NCBI GenBank assembly: GCA_944363505.1
Contig: CALVUD010000002.1
Span: 82,290-146,289 of the forward strand
Source of the DNA: an uncultured Clostridia bacterium
Lineage (GTDB): Bacteria > Bacillota > Clostridia > Christensenellales > DTU072
Direction: 5' to 3'
DNA length: 64,000 nt
Numbering within the stretch: the first letter of the stretch is position 1; each line of letters begins with the position of its first letter. Below, in pieces: positions 63,510-64,000 of the stretch. The translations under genes were made by a program, and so were the position numbers. The notes under the pieces are model-generated. The model had not been told where the DNA came from. It searched no databases and was given only the letters and a program-made list of their open reading frames with translations.

Positions 63510-64000
63510 TCAGCGTTCCGACTCTTTTTTTTCGGCGTATGCCTCCTCGCTTTTCCTGATTTTGGAATTTAACGCGAAAATCCCGTACACCAGCGACGCC
63601 AGAACGGCGGCGACGATGATCAACCACAGCGGATGCCACAACCCCGTTGCCGCCGCGGCGGTTAAATAAACGGGTACGCCGAGCGTAACGAGCATCGGCG
63701 CAATGAACAATGTAATGCGTTTTTTACGCAGGAAAAACGTAGTTACGGCTACGGAAAATACCGCCCAGAAAGGCAGGTAAGTAAAACTTACCCACGTTAT
63801 TCCGGGAGATATTCCCGCGGCGAGCCACAATACGAAAAACAACGCTATCGCAAGTATCACGCCGTAAGAAAATATTATCAGGTCGGTAGTATAATGGCGT
63901 TTGAGTTTTACGTTATGCTCCAAAACCTTTGCCGAGAATACCGCATAAAGCGCAACCGCCATGATCGGAAAAATCGTGTACGCGCCTATCCCCCAGAATC
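63510..64000 (-). CDS. Integral membrane protein, 5' end outside the window
   Basis: Frame is open to the window edge; several TMs with a WHPLW motif. Confidence 0.7.
   Translation of the reverse strand, partial: FWGIGAYTIFPIMAVALYAVFSAKVLEHNVKLKRHYTTDLIIFSYGVILAIALFFVLWLAAGISPGITWVSFTYLPFWAVFSVAVTTFFLRKKRITLFIAPMLVTLGVPVYLTAAAATGLWHPLWLIIVAAVLASLVYGIFALNSKIRKSEEAYAEKKESER

Overview
A 64-kb chromosomal window of a moderately GC-rich Firmicute, most likely Clostridia. Nearly all genes lie on the minus strand. 1-16.8 kb is housekeeping: the Firmicute yloC-rpoZ-coaBC-priA-def-fmt-rsmB-rlmN-rsgA-rpe-rpmB-asp23 cluster without gmk, remA, prpC/prkC and thiN, then an AIR-synthase-like gene, ligA, pcrA and a dGTPase. 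An unannotated spoVM small ORF sits next to rpmB. 16.9-21.2 kb is a partly AT-rich accessory islet at the 3' end of rlmD. 21-31 kb is an operon of hydrolase, heterodimeric ABC exporter, transglutaminase-like lipoprotein, phosphoesterase and rlmD. pheA follows, preceded by a complete Phe-rich leader-peptide attenuator whose leader appears leaderless; this is the clearest unannotated system here and unusual for a phylum known for T-boxes. 32.5-48.3 kb is an operon of a 3645-aa membrane-anchored repeat protein, a 635-aa anchored partner, two polytopic membrane proteins and a LarA-family enzyme. The rest holds a SPOR-like gene, dCMP deaminase, CIRCE-controlled groESL, a CDF transporter and a second giant surface-protein operon. 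No rRNA, tRNA, CRISPR array, integrase or transposase was seen. All calls are by-eye motif recognition; no database searches were run.
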